From assembly GCA_944391585.1 (NCBI GenBank), contig CALXUD010000001.1, positions 6,385-70,384 on the forward strand: a stretch of 64,000 bases of DNA, read 5' to 3'. This stretch comes from an uncultured Alphaproteobacteria bacterium (GTDB taxonomy: Bacteria; Pseudomonadota; Alphaproteobacteria; CAAHEQ01; UBA3637). Numbering within the stretch: the stretch's first letter is position 1; each line of letters opens with the position of its first letter. A program made the position numbers and the translations under genes. Under the pieces are notes generated by a model that was given only the letters and a program-made list of their open reading frames with translations, was not told the origin of the DNA and made no database searches. This document shows positions 20,439 through 30,266 of this stretch, one piece after another.

Positions 20439-21913
20439 GCAATTTATTGGAAATTAAAGAATTACGGGTTCACTTTGCCGGATTTTCACCGGTGAGAGGT
20501 GTTTCTTTGGCGGTTAAAGCGGGCGAAATTGTGGCGTTGGTCGGTAACAGCGGTTCGGGGAAGTCTTCATTAGGTATGGCTTTGCTCAAGTTGCAAGAAG
20601 GTGTGAAATTATCCGGCAGTATTTTATTTAATCGACAAGAATTGATTGGGTTATCTGAAGAACAGATGCAGAAGATACGTGGTTCTAAAATCGCGATGAT
20701 TTTTCAAGAGCCGATGACTTCTCTTAATCCTTTACATAAAGTGGGTAACCAGATTTTGGAAGTGTTGGAATTACATGCGCAACAGGCAACCAAGCAGCGG
20801 GTTTATGAGTTATTAAAATTAGTGGAATTAAATGACGTGAAGCGGATTTATGAATCTTATCCGCATATGCTTTCCGGCGGGCAGAGGCAACGCATTATGA
20901 TTGCGATGGCGTTGGCAGGTAATCCCGATTTATTGATTGCAGATGAGCCGACAACTGCATTAGATATTACTGTTCAACAGCAAATTTTAACCTTATTAAA
21001 AACTATTCAGCAAAAATTGGGGTTAGCGATTTTATTTATCACGCATGATTTGGATTTGGTCCGCACTTTTGCTGCTCGGGTATATGTGATGAAGTTTGGC
21101 AAAATTATTGCAACTCGTGTGCCAGAAAAAGAAGAAAAAAAACAACGAGTCTCGTTTGCAGGCTCTTCAAAACTTTTATTAAATGTGCAAAATTTGCAAG
21201 TGAAGTATGGGGCTTTTACGGCCTTGGAAAAGGCTTCGTTTCAATTACATCAGAAGCAGAATTTGGGAATTGTCGGCGAAAGCGGATCGGGAAAAACATC
21301 GTTAGGGCTGGGGTTGGTTCGCTTAATTAAATCCAGCGGAAAAATTCAGTTGTTAGGGGAGCCGTTCAGTACGTTCAGCGGTTCAAAATTGCGTGCGGCA
21401 CGGGCTCATATACAAATGGTATTTCAAGATCCGGCATCAGCTTTAAACCCGCGAATGAGTGTGGCTGAATTAGTGCAGGAGGGGTTGAAAGTTCATCAGC
21501 CCTCATTAACGGTTGCCGAGTGTTTCAATCGGGTGGCGGATACATTAAAAGCCGTCGGGTTGAAAAAAGAAATTATGCACCGTTATCCGCATGAGTTATC
21601 CGGCGGGCAACGCACTCGGGTGATGTTGGCTCGGGCGTTGATTTTAAAGCCAGAGATTTTGATTTTGGATGAAATTACGGCCGCGTTGGATATTTATACA
21701 CAGCGTAATATTTTGTTATTATTAGATGAATTACAGGTGCAGTTTGGATTGTCCTATATTTTCATCACGCATGATATGAATGTGGTGCGGCAGATGTGCG
21801 ATGATATGATGGTTTTATATCAGGGAAAAGTGGTAGAGCAAGGAAAGTGTCAGGCGATTATACATCATCCGAAAGAGGATTATACAAAGGCTTTATTACA
21901 GGCGAGTTTTTAA
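20435..21913 (+). CDS. yejF: ABC transporter ATP-binding protein with duplicated ATPase domains, YejF-like
   Basis: Two Walker A motifs (GNSGSGKSS and GESGSGKTS) and two LSGGQ signatures (LSGGQRQR twice). Confidence 0.85.
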   Translation: MSNLLEIKELRVHFAGFSPVRGVSLAVKAGEIVALVGNSGSGKSSLGMALLKLQEGVKLSGSILFNRQELIGLSEEQMQKIRGSKIAMIFQEPMTSLNPLHKVGNQILEVLELHAQQATKQRVYELLKLVELNDVKRIYESYPHMLSGGQRQRIMIAMALAGNPDLLIADEPTTALDITVQQQILTLLKTIQQKLGLAILFITHDLDLVRTFAARVYVMKFGKIIATRVPEKEEKKQRVSFAGSSKLLLNVQNLQVKYGAFTALEKASFQLHQKQNLGIVGESGSGKTSLGLGLVRLIKSSGKIQLLGEPFSTFSGSKLRAARAHIQMVFQDPASALNPRMSVAELVQEGLKVHQPSLTVAECFNRVADTLKAVGLKKEIMHRYPHELSGGQRTRVMLARALILKPEILILDEITAALDIYTQRNILLLLDELQVQFGLSYIFITHDMNVVRQMCDDMMVLYQGKVVEQGKCQAIIHHPKEDYTKALLQASF

Positions 21914-21974
21914 ATAGATTGTGAAATATCTAGATAAAAATTTGACTTTTGATTCGGTTTTTGGTATGCTTTAA

Positions 21975-22064
21975 AACGGAAAGACGGGCGGGCTGTTAGG
22001 TCAGCGGGTCAGGTTCGGAAGAAAGCAGCCCAACTTAATTGGAACGGGTCGTCTTTCCGCTTTA
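21975..22064 (+). ncRNA. ffs: Signal recognition particle RNA (4.5S/ffs), small bacterial type
   Basis: Domain IV-like GUCAGGUUCGGAAGAAAGCAGCC is a 21/23 match to the conserved bacterial SRP RNA motif. A perfect 10-bp closing stem pairs cggaaagacg (21977-86) with cgtctttccg (22050-59). Sigma70 promoter ttgact-N17-tatgct lies at 21942-21970. The position directly upstream of dnaX is the classical ffs location. Confidence 0.65.
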
Positions 22065-22079
22065 AGAAGCTTTTTAGGA

Positions 22080-23774
22080 TTGAAAATGGCATCAACTTCT
22101 CAGGTTTTGGCAAGAAAATATCGCCCGCAAACGTTTGACGATTTAATCGGGCAAGATGTGTTGGTGCGGACGATTACAAATGCCATTGAAACAAATCGTT
22201 TGGCGCATGCATATATGTTAACCGGTATTCGCGGTATTGGCAAAACAACTTCGGCGCGTATTATTGCTAAAGGATTGAATTGCATTGGACCGGATGGAAA
22301 AGGAGGTATGACCCCTAATCCGTGTGGAAAATGTCGGCATTGTATTGATATCACAAATGATGCGCATATTGATGTGGTGGAAATTGATGCTGCCAGCAAT
22401 ACCGGAATTGATAATGTGCGGGATGTGATTATTGAAGGGGCAAAATATAACCCTGTTTCGGCACGGTTTAAAATTTACATTATTGATGAAGTTCATATGT
22501 TGAGTAAAGCTGCGTTTAATGCATTATTGAAAACATTGGAAGAGCCGCCGGAACGGGTCAAATTTATTTTTGCAACAACGGAAATTCGGAAAGTTCCCGT
22601 GACGATTTTATCGCGTTGTCAACGGTTTGATTTAAAGCGCTTGGATGAGAAAACATTGACGGAGCATCTGGCCCGTATTTCTTTAAAAGAAGGAGTCAAA
22701 GCTGAAGAAACGGCATTGCAGTTGATTGCCAAAGCCGGTGATGGTTCTGTGCGTGATTCATTATCTTTATTGGATCAGGCGATTGCGCATTTTGAGGGGA
22801 ATATCACAACCGATCAAGTGCGTCAAATGTTGGGGTTGGCAGATAAAACGGCGTTGTTTGATTTATATGAAAATTTAATGGTCGGAAATATGGAAAAGGC
22901 CTTAATGTTGTGGGAAAATCAATATGAATCCGGGGCCGATCCGATTGTGGTGGCAACCGATTTGTTGGATTTGACGCATTGGTTGACGCGTTTAAAAATT
23001 GTGCCGGCGTTAATTAAAGATGTCAGTATTTCCGAAACCGAGAGAGTGCGTGGACAAAAGTTAGCTGATTCTTTATCTATGGCGCAATTAACGCGGACGT
23101 GGCAGATGTTATTAAAAGGATTATCCGAAATTAAAAATGCTGATTATCCGATGAAAGCGTTTGAAATGGTCTTGATTCGGCTGGCTTATGCTGCTGAATT
23201 ACCGACACCGGCTGAGCTGGTGGGCGAATTAAAAAAAAAATCTGAAACAGCTTCAATCGGTTTAACTGTTGCGGCGTCAACAGCGATTGTTCAACCCAAA
23301 AAGGAATCTGCACATAAAGAAGAAAAGATAGTGGCTGTTTCTCATCAAGAAAATGCAGAACCGTTGATTGTTTTTAAATCAATGAATGATGTTTCGGCTT
23401 TATTGCGACAGGAAAATCAACGTATTTTGGCTTTTAATGTGGATAAATGTATTCGGCCTATTCGGTTAGAAAAAAATCGATTAGTTTGTTCTTTAACGGA
23501 AGAAGCACCGCGTGATTTGGTCGCTCAATTGAATCAATTTTTATCGGCTAAAACGGGCATTCCCTTTGAAATCATTGTAGAAGAAAATGGTGGTGGGCAA
23601 ACGGTGCAAGAAACAGCCATTACCCAAAAGAAACAACAATTATCAGATTTGCAAAAAAATCCAATGGTGGCTACGGTGTTAAAAACTTTTAAAGGGGCCA
23701 AAATTGAAAGTTTTAAGAAAAAACAACATTCAGATGCGAATGAAGCAGATGGATTAGAAGAAAAGAGCGAATAG
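22080..23774 (+). CDS. dnaX: DNA polymerase III subunit gamma/tau
   Basis: AAA+ 'GIRGIGKTTSARIIAKGLNC', Zn-module cysteines 'CGKCRHC', 564 aa. Confidence 0.93.
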   Translation: MKMASTSQVLARKYRPQTFDDLIGQDVLVRTITNAIETNRLAHAYMLTGIRGIGKTTSARIIAKGLNCIGPDGKGGMTPNPCGKCRHCIDITNDAHIDVVEIDAASNTGIDNVRDVIIEGAKYNPVSARFKIYIIDEVHMLSKAAFNALLKTLEEPPERVKFIFATTEIRKVPVTILSRCQRFDLKRLDEKTLTEHLARISLKEGVKAEETALQLIAKAGDGSVRDSLSLLDQAIAHFEGNITTDQVRQMLGLADKTALFDLYENLMVGNMEKALMLWENQYESGADPIVVATDLLDLTHWLTRLKIVPALIKDVSISETERVRGQKLADSLSMAQLTRTWQMLLKGLSEIKNADYPMKAFEMVLIRLAYAAELPTPAELVGELKKKSETASIGLTVAASTAIVQPKKESAHKEEKIVAVSHQENAEPLIVFKSMNDVSALLRQENQRILAFNVDKCIRPIRLEKNRLVCSLTEEAPRDLVAQLNQFLSAKTGIPFEIIVEENGGGQTVQETAITQKKQQLSDLQKNPMVATVLKTFKGAKIESFKKKQHSDANEADGLEEKSE

Positions 23775-23776
23775 TT

Positions 23777-24169
23777 TTAAGAAATCAGTAAATAAATTCG
23801 ATTAACCATTGCCTGAAAACCATTTCGACGATTTGGAGACAAATGTTCTGCTAATCCCAATTGTGTAAAAATATTCTTCAAAGGGAGATCTTTAATTTGT
23901 TCAGCCGTTTTTCCATTAATTAGATAAAGTAAAATAGCTTGAAGGCCTTTCACAATATGTGCATCACTGTCCATCTCAAAAAAATATTTTCCTTCTTTTT
24001 GATGTGATTGAATCCACACTTGAGCCATACAGCCATCTACCTTTGTATTTTCATTTTTATCGTCCTCTTTCATGGGAGATAGTGTATTGCCAAGTTCAAT
24101 TAGATAGCGATATTTATCCTCCCAATCCGATAAGTAAGAAAAATTATCAATTAATTCATTCAGTGTCAT
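23777..24169 (-). CDS. sufE: SufE-like cysteine desulfuration (sulfur acceptor) protein
   Basis: 'VDGCMAQVWIQ' conserved Cys motif with Fe-S assembly SufE-like fold. Probable start MTLNELIDNF at 24169; the longer track start overlaps the upstream gene. Confidence 0.65.
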   Translation of the reverse strand: MTLNELIDNFSYLSDWEDKYRYLIELGNTLSPMKEDDKNENTKVDGCMAQVWIQSHQKEGKYFFEMDSDAHIVKGLQAILLYLINGKTAEQIKDLPLKNIFTQLGLAEHLSPNRRNGFQAMVNRIYLLIS

Positions 24170-24173
24170 TTTT

Positions 24174-25679
24174 TCATTCCAAAACCGGTTCAGAGATAGC
24201 GGTTGTAAAAGGCTGATCGTTGATAAAGGTTTGTCCGTTTTTATATTCAATTTTAAACAGAACGGCCGGTTTGCCGTTTTGCGTTAATTTCTCAGCGGAA
24301 TTTAAATAAGGGCGCAAAATATCCAAAGCGCCGATTTTGGTGCAGACAGATGGTTCTGTCGCTGCCGCTGACTGTTTATTCGTTTGTGGTTTTTTTGCTT
24401 TTTCCACTGCGCATTGACTTTGATAATCCGGAGAAATCAAATCAAAATTAGTAATTGCCAGTTGGCCGTTCAGCTGAGCGGTTTGATTAACAAAACGTCC
24501 GGTTCCGGAAAAATGAACAGCAGCAATCGGATTTTCCAAAGCAACTTCATTGATATTTAAACGAACTTTATTGAGCGCATCGTTGATTTGTGTTTGAAGC
24601 TCATGTTGAAGAGCAATTCCTTGTTCTGAATCTTCATCCATAGATTCATCCAGTTTTCGTTGCATTTCAATAATAGATTGAATTTGATTTGTGTTTAGAC
24701 CGGATAAAACAATATCAAGTTTAATATCTTCCGGGAAAAGAGCCGGTAAAGAGCCGCTTTCAAAATCTTTTGCTGAGAGATTTAAAAGTGTGTTATCTAA
24801 TGTGAGGTGTGTCTGTATTTCATGTGTTTTGGGGTCTTGAATGGTTTCAAAACGTATGTCCGAGCGCAGATTAAGTGGCGCAAATAAGGCAGTTGAGGGG
24901 GTTAAATTCATTTCAGGAATAGATAAATTGCCACGGGATAAAATAGCCGATAAAGTTTGTTGAAACACATCTGCGGTTTGATCGGCATCTAATACTTGTG
25001 TGGAAATATTGAGATGTGGAATGACAAGTTTAAAAATCTCATTTTGAAGAGTTAAATCGCGTATATCCAATGAGCTGGCGGCATCCATTTTATGGTCTGT
25101 TTTGGAGCCAATTAAACTATCGGAATAAAGAGAGGCAATTGTTAAGTTCGTGCCGGCACCTGTATCAAAATTTAGATTTTCGGTTTTTAAGGATTGTTTT
25201 GTACGTAAAGCTAAATCCGGTACCCAAAAAATTTCTTCCTGATAGTTGTTTTGAGTGAGTTTCCCTTGCGGATAAAAAGTAGATAAAATATTTTTAAGAT
25301 AAGGCAGTGTGATATTCCCCATTTTGTATTGGGCGTGTCCGTCAAAATCATCAACCCGAGTCATCAAAATTTGGGTGGCGGGGAAACTTTGAACAGAACC
25401 GGATGAATTTGTGCGTTGTGTTTGTGGAATGGAAATCAAAAAATCTTGTCCTTTTTGTTCAACTTGCGGTGAAGTTAAAGCATCAAAGCCATAATATAAA
25501 ATACCGATTTCTATCGCGCTGGCAATTTGTTTAGGATGTGGTGCAGGTGCAGTTTGTTTTGTGGATTGATTAATAGTAAGCTCATTGTTTGGAGCGGGTT
25601 GAGAAGGAAGTGTTTGTGCCAAAGCAGAAGCAGTATATAAAACAGATAAAGCAGCGCAAGTATAAAGTATTTTTTTCAT
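24174..25679 (-). CDS. Hypothetical secreted/periplasmic protein (501 aa)
   Basis: Signal peptide MKKILYTCAALSVLYTASALA. No family recognised with confidence. Confidence 0.5.
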   Translation of the reverse strand: MKKILYTCAALSVLYTASALAQTLPSQPAPNNELTINQSTKQTAPAPHPKQIASAIEIGILYYGFDALTSPQVEQKGQDFLISIPQTQRTNSSGSVQSFPATQILMTRVDDFDGHAQYKMGNITLPYLKNILSTFYPQGKLTQNNYQEEIFWVPDLALRTKQSLKTENLNFDTGAGTNLTIASLYSDSLIGSKTDHKMDAASSLDIRDLTLQNEIFKLVIPHLNISTQVLDADQTADVFQQTLSAILSRGNLSIPEMNLTPSTALFAPLNLRSDIRFETIQDPKTHEIQTHLTLDNTLLNLSAKDFESGSLPALFPEDIKLDIVLSGLNTNQIQSIIEMQRKLDESMDEDSEQGIALQHELQTQINDALNKVRLNINEVALENPIAAVHFSGTGRFVNQTAQLNGQLAITNFDLISPDYQSQCAVEKAKKPQTNKQSAAATEPSVCTKIGALDILRPYLNSAEKLTQNGKPAVLFKIEYKNGQTFINDQPFTTAISEPVLE

Positions 25680-25790
25680 GGAATGTCTCCTTCCCTTAGA
25701 TAGATTTCACAAAGTTATTTTATATCATTCAAAAAGCCAAAATCAAGGTTTTATTTGTTTTTTTTATAAAAATATGGTATACTTCCTTTC

Positions 25791-26462
25791 ATGAAATGGC
25801 AGATATATCATTTAGATGAAGTGGATAGCACCAATGAAGTAGCGCGTTCTTATCCCGTTTTTTCAGTTGTTACGGCGGATCATCAAACCGGTGGGCGCGG
25901 ACGGCATGGGCGGATTTGGGAAAGTGTGAAAGGTAATTTGTATTTATCGGTTGTTTTGCCGGATTTTAAGGACAAAAACCCTTATTTAGCCTTTGTAATT
26001 GGAGTTGCAGTAGCGGATGCGTTGTCTGAATTTGGTGTGCGCTTAAAATGGCCTAATGATGTTTTATTGGAAGGGAAAAAAATTGGCGGTATCTTATTAG
26101 AGCAAGCACCCGATAAGTTAATTGCGGGTATTGGTATTAATGTAGTGGGGCATCCGCTTGGGCAAATGGCTTATCCCGTTGGTGATTTAGGCGGTCGGAT
26201 TTCCAAGTTACAGGTAATGCAACGGATTTTAGATGAAATAGAAAGCTGTTTAAAAATTTTTGAGGAGAAAGGGTTTGCCAATATCCGTGAAAAATGGCTG
26301 GTTCTTTCTTGTTTACAGGCAGGCGATCAGATGTCTGTTCGGTTGCCGCATCAGACATATACGGGGAAATTTAACGGAATTGATGAAAATGGTCTTTTGT
26401 TATTGGAATTGGAAGATCGGACGATATTAAAAGTTTCCGCCGGTGATGTTTTTAAAATATAA
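25791..26462 (+). CDS. birA: Biotin--[acetyl-CoA-carboxylase] ligase (group I, no HTH)
   Basis: 'QTGGRGRHGRIWES..GNLYLSV' BPL/LPL catalytic motif, 223 aa. Confidence 0.85.
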   Translation: MKWQIYHLDEVDSTNEVARSYPVFSVVTADHQTGGRGRHGRIWESVKGNLYLSVVLPDFKDKNPYLAFVIGVAVADALSEFGVRLKWPNDVLLEGKKIGGILLEQAPDKLIAGIGINVVGHPLGQMAYPVGDLGGRISKLQVMQRILDEIESCLKIFEEKGFANIREKWLVLSCLQAGDQMSVRLPHQTYTGKFNGIDENGLLLLELEDRTILKVSAGDVFKI

Positions 26463-26472
26463 AGGAAATAAA

Positions 26473-28176
26473 ATGAATAAAAATAAAAATTTATCAAAAG
26501 ACGATGTGTCTTTGGACAATGTAATAATCCCACCTGAAAAATTGGTATTTATTCCATTAGGAGGTGCAACAGGCGTGGGAATGAATTTTTTCTTGTATGG
26601 ATATAAAGGAAAATGGTTAGTTGTTGATTGTGGTATTGGGTTTCCTGGAGATGGATTGCCGGGAGTGGATTTATTACTTCCTAATCCTGCCTTTATTGCC
26701 AAACAAAAGAAAAATATTGTGGGATTAGTTATTACTCATGCTCATGAGGATCATATTGGCGGAGTTGCGTATTTATGGCAGGATCTGCAATGCCCCATTT
26801 ATGTAACTCCATTCGCAAATGAATTGTTGGAAGGAAAATTGTCTGAAGCGGGTTTATTAGGACGTGCTGAAGTTCATGTTGTCGAGCAAGACTCAATTAT
26901 TGACTTGAATCCTTTTGAAGTCCAATTCATTTCTATGAATCATTCTCTCCCTGAACCAAATGCATTAGCTATTCGAACAGATCAAGGATTAGTCGTTCAT
27001 ACAGGGGATTGGAAGTTTGATACAAATCCTATTATTGGAGAAAAAACAGATTTTAAAGCATTAAAAAAATTAGGAGATGAAGGTGTTTTAGCTTTAGTTT
27101 CTGATTCAACAAATGTGTTTGGGCAAAAGTCGGATAAGACGGAAATGGATGTGCGTCAATCATTGATTGAATTGGTGGGGCAATATCCGGGTAAGCAGAT
27201 TGCGGTTGGCTGTTTTGCCTCTAATGTTGCACGGATGGAAAGCATTTATGAAGCAGCAAAAGCAAATGGGCGTGAAGTGTGTTTAATGGGGCGGTCGTTA
27301 TGGCGAATTGACGGAGCTGCGCGGGCGACCGGTTATTTCAAAAATATGCCTGATTTTTTAACCGAAGAAGAAGCAATGGAACGACCGATTGGTAGCGTGC
27401 TTTATATTTGCACCGGATCGCAAGGAGAACCGTTTTCTGCTTTGAATAACTTAGCTGCAATTAACCCCAATAAAGGGTCTGTTATCTTTGGACCCGATGA
27501 TGTGGTGATTTTTTCATCCCGTGTGATTCCGGGAAATGAAAAATCAATCGCTTTATTGCAAAAAAAATTAAAAGCTAAAGGAATTAAAATTATCACTGAT
27601 AAAGATGCCTTGGTTCATGTATCCGGACATTATGCAGGTGAGGATTTGAAAAAAATGTATGAGTTATTACGGCCTAAAATTTCTCTCCCTGTTCACGGAG
27701 AAGCTATGGAATTAATGGCTCATGTTGAGTTGGCTTTAAAATATGGAGCTCAATTTGCTTTTGCTTTAGAAGACGGCGAAGTGATTGAGTTGGATGACAC
27801 GCCGCAAATTATCGGTGAGGTTTATGCCGGTATTTTAGCTGTAGATGGCAAACGTATTTTAGGGTTAGATGCAGAAGTCATTAAAAAGCGCCGCAAAATG
27901 ATGGAGGGTGGCACAATGGTCGCAACTGTTGTGGTTGGTAAAAAAGGGAATGTTTTAGGTGAGCCACAATTATCCGCTTTCGGTTTATTGGATCCGACAA
28001 GTGAAGATAAAGATATTTTATGCCAATCCATTATTGAGGCGGTGGCTGAATTGGATAAAGATAAGCGCACGCAAGATGAAATTGTTCAAAATACAATTAA
28101 GTCAACTATTCGTAAATTCCTATCCGAAAAATATGGGAAAAAACCGTTGATTGATGTCCATTTAGTGCGGATTTAA
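26473..28176 (+). CDS. rnj: Ribonuclease J (metallo-beta-lactamase/beta-CASP)
   Basis: 'ITHAHEDHIGG' HxHxDH motif, beta-CASP region, ~567 aa. AAAGGA RBS precedes the ATG at 26473. Confidence 0.85.
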   Translation: MNKNKNLSKDDVSLDNVIIPPEKLVFIPLGGATGVGMNFFLYGYKGKWLVVDCGIGFPGDGLPGVDLLLPNPAFIAKQKKNIVGLVITHAHEDHIGGVAYLWQDLQCPIYVTPFANELLEGKLSEAGLLGRAEVHVVEQDSIIDLNPFEVQFISMNHSLPEPNALAIRTDQGLVVHTGDWKFDTNPIIGEKTDFKALKKLGDEGVLALVSDSTNVFGQKSDKTEMDVRQSLIELVGQYPGKQIAVGCFASNVARMESIYEAAKANGREVCLMGRSLWRIDGAARATGYFKNMPDFLTEEEAMERPIGSVLYICTGSQGEPFSALNNLAAINPNKGSVIFGPDDVVIFSSRVIPGNEKSIALLQKKLKAKGIKIITDKDALVHVSGHYAGEDLKKMYELLRPKISLPVHGEAMELMAHVELALKYGAQFAFALEDGEVIELDDTPQIIGEVYAGILAVDGKRILGLDAEVIKKRRKMMEGGTMVATVVVGKKGNVLGEPQLSAFGLLDPTSEDKDILCQSIIEAVAELDKDKRTQDEIVQNTIKSTIRKFLSEKYGKKPLIDVHLVRI

Positions 28177-28191
28177 AAAATAAAAGGGCGT

Positions 28192-29484
28192 TTAAGAAGC
28201 GTCCTTTTCCTCTTCTTCAACGGTAGATGGTGGTAAAACGTCCACTACGGTAATTTGATGACGCTCTTTTTGAATAATTGTAAAGGTATATCCTTTAATT
28301 TCAAAAGTTTGGCCAACTTCCGGAATACGTTCAATTTCATACATAATCAAGCCGGCTAATGTAGCGGCGTTTTTGTCAGGTAAATTCCATTTTAAATGCC
28401 GGTTGACATCCCTGATATTGGCGCACCCATCTAAACGAATGATGCCGTTTTCTAGATGTTCTATTTTTAATCCGGCGTCTGAGGTGTCTGTTTCATCTTC
28501 AATATCGCCGACAATTTCTTCCAACAAGTCTTCCAAAGTGACCAATCCCTGTAAGGAGCCATATTCATCTACAACCAAGGCAAAATGTTCTCTTCTCACT
28601 TTAAAAGCATGCAACTGATTCAATAAAGAAGTGCTTTCCAAAATAAACCACGGTTTTATCATAATTTGTGAAAGGTCTATATTGGTGATATGTTTTTGAT
28701 AACAATTGTTAAGCGTTTTTAAAAGTGTTTTGATATGTAAAACACCAATGATGTTGTCACGTTTTCCAGACCAGATCGGAATACGGGAATAAGGTGAATT
28801 ACTGATGAAATTCACAATTTCTTCCGTAGGAGTGTTTACATTTAACGTTACCAATTCACTGCGGTGCGTCATAATATCACACACGGGGATTTCAGATAAA
28901 TCCAAAACTGATTTAAGCATATATTTTTCATGAGACAAAGTTTGCTCGTTTGTTTGTAAATCAATGGCTCCCCGAATTTCGGCTTTGATTTCTTGTTCAG
29001 AGGTGTTTTGATTGTGTGGTTGAATGCGCAACAGCCACATGGTTTTAGCTCCAATCCAATTAATGGCGCGTACAAAAGGAGAAAGGATTTTAACTAAAAA
29101 ATAAAGAACAGAAGCAACTTTTAAAGCAAATGCAACAGGAAATTGTAAGGCAATTGTTTTCGGTAAAACTTCAGAAAAAACCAAAACAACAAAACTGACG
29201 CCGAAAGTGGCAATGACAACACCATATTCGCCGAATAATTGAATTAAAAGACCGGTTGCAATGGCGGTGATAGCGATGTTAACGACATTATTACCTAAAA
29301 GCAAAGTACCGATTAAACGATCTGAATGACGTTTCATACGGTTTAATTTTTGTGCGTTTTTATCTCCTTGCTTTTCTTTTTCAAACAAAATGGAGCGAGA
29401 GGCTGCCGTTACAGCTGTTTCGGATCCGGAAAAAAAGAAGGAAAGTGATAATAAAATAAATAAAGTAATCAAAGAGAGAAACAT
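28192..29484 (-). CDS. HlyC/CorC-family membrane protein (DUF21 TM domain + CBS pair + CorC_HlyC); TlyC-like
   Basis: N-terminal 4-TM DUF21, tandem CBS region, C-terminal transporter-associated domain. Confidence 0.8.
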   Translation of the reverse strand: MFLSLITLFILLSLSFFFSGSETAVTAASRSILFEKEKQGDKNAQKLNRMKRHSDRLIGTLLLGNNVVNIAITAIATGLLIQLFGEYGVVIATFGVSFVVLVFSEVLPKTIALQFPVAFALKVASVLYFLVKILSPFVRAINWIGAKTMWLLRIQPHNQNTSEQEIKAEIRGAIDLQTNEQTLSHEKYMLKSVLDLSEIPVCDIMTHRSELVTLNVNTPTEEIVNFISNSPYSRIPIWSGKRDNIIGVLHIKTLLKTLNNCYQKHITNIDLSQIMIKPWFILESTSLLNQLHAFKVRREHFALVVDEYGSLQGLVTLEDLLEEIVGDIEDETDTSDAGLKIEHLENGIIRLDGCANIRDVNRHLKWNLPDKNAATLAGLIMYEIERIPEVGQTFEIKGYTFTIIQKERHQITVVDVLPPSTVEEEEKDAS

Positions 29485-30063
29485 TTAAAATCCTTTTTCA
29501 AAACGTTTAGAAATATATTCCTGACGTTCTAATTCGTTTAAAAGACGGTGGGCTGTGCGGTAAGGTGGTTCATTATAAGATTCAACCATAATATCAGCCA
29601 AAGCATAAATGGGATAACATTCGTTAATCAGTCGCTCTACAACTTTTTGATTGTCTGCTGACGGAATCAAAGGGCGGTGTGTGCGACCTTGTGTACGTTT
29701 AGAAATGACTGCCGTTTCCGCTTTTAACCAAATGGAAATGGCGTATTGCTGTGCGACAGACCGCGTTTTCTCAGACAAGAAAGCTCCACCGCCGGATGAA
29801 AGAATGCAGGGTTTCCCTTTCAACAGGCGTTCCATGATTTTTTCTTCTCCGATACGAAATTCTTTTTCACCATAGCGCGCAAACAAGTCTGAAATAGAAA
29901 AACCGGTTATTTTTTCAATTTCTTTATCACTATCAATAAATGGAAGCCCCAGTTTTTTTGCCACAATACGTCCCACACTGGTTTTACCGGCACCCATCAT
30001 GCCGACCAACAGGATAATTTTAGGAACTAAAAGTTTTTGACGCATTTTTTCCGGACTTGACAA
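29485..30063 (-). CDS. aroK: Shikimate kinase
   Basis: 'LVGMMGAGKTSVGRIVAKKLGLPFIDSD' P-loop with shikimate kinase spacing. ~190 aa. Confidence 0.85.
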   Translation of the reverse strand: MSSPEKMRQKLLVPKIILLVGMMGAGKTSVGRIVAKKLGLPFIDSDKEIEKITGFSISDLFARYGEKEFRIGEEKIMERLLKGKPCILSSGGGAFLSEKTRSVAQQYAISIWLKAETAVISKRTQGRTHRPLIPSADNQKVVERLINECYPIYALADIMVESYNEPPYRTAHRLLNELERQEYISKRFEKGF

Positions 30064-30266
30064 AAAGTTAAGAACATAATACGATAACCATCATATCAGT
30101 TTTTGTGGTATCTGTCCAGCATAAAAGGGTGAAAAAATGAGATATAAAGATGAAAAAAAGGGGATTGGATTAAAAATTATATTGGGGATTTTGGTGATTT
30201 TTTTAGCATATATTGTTTTTGCTGATTTTACGCCCCCCACACAACATGTTGAAAAAATAATTCCAC

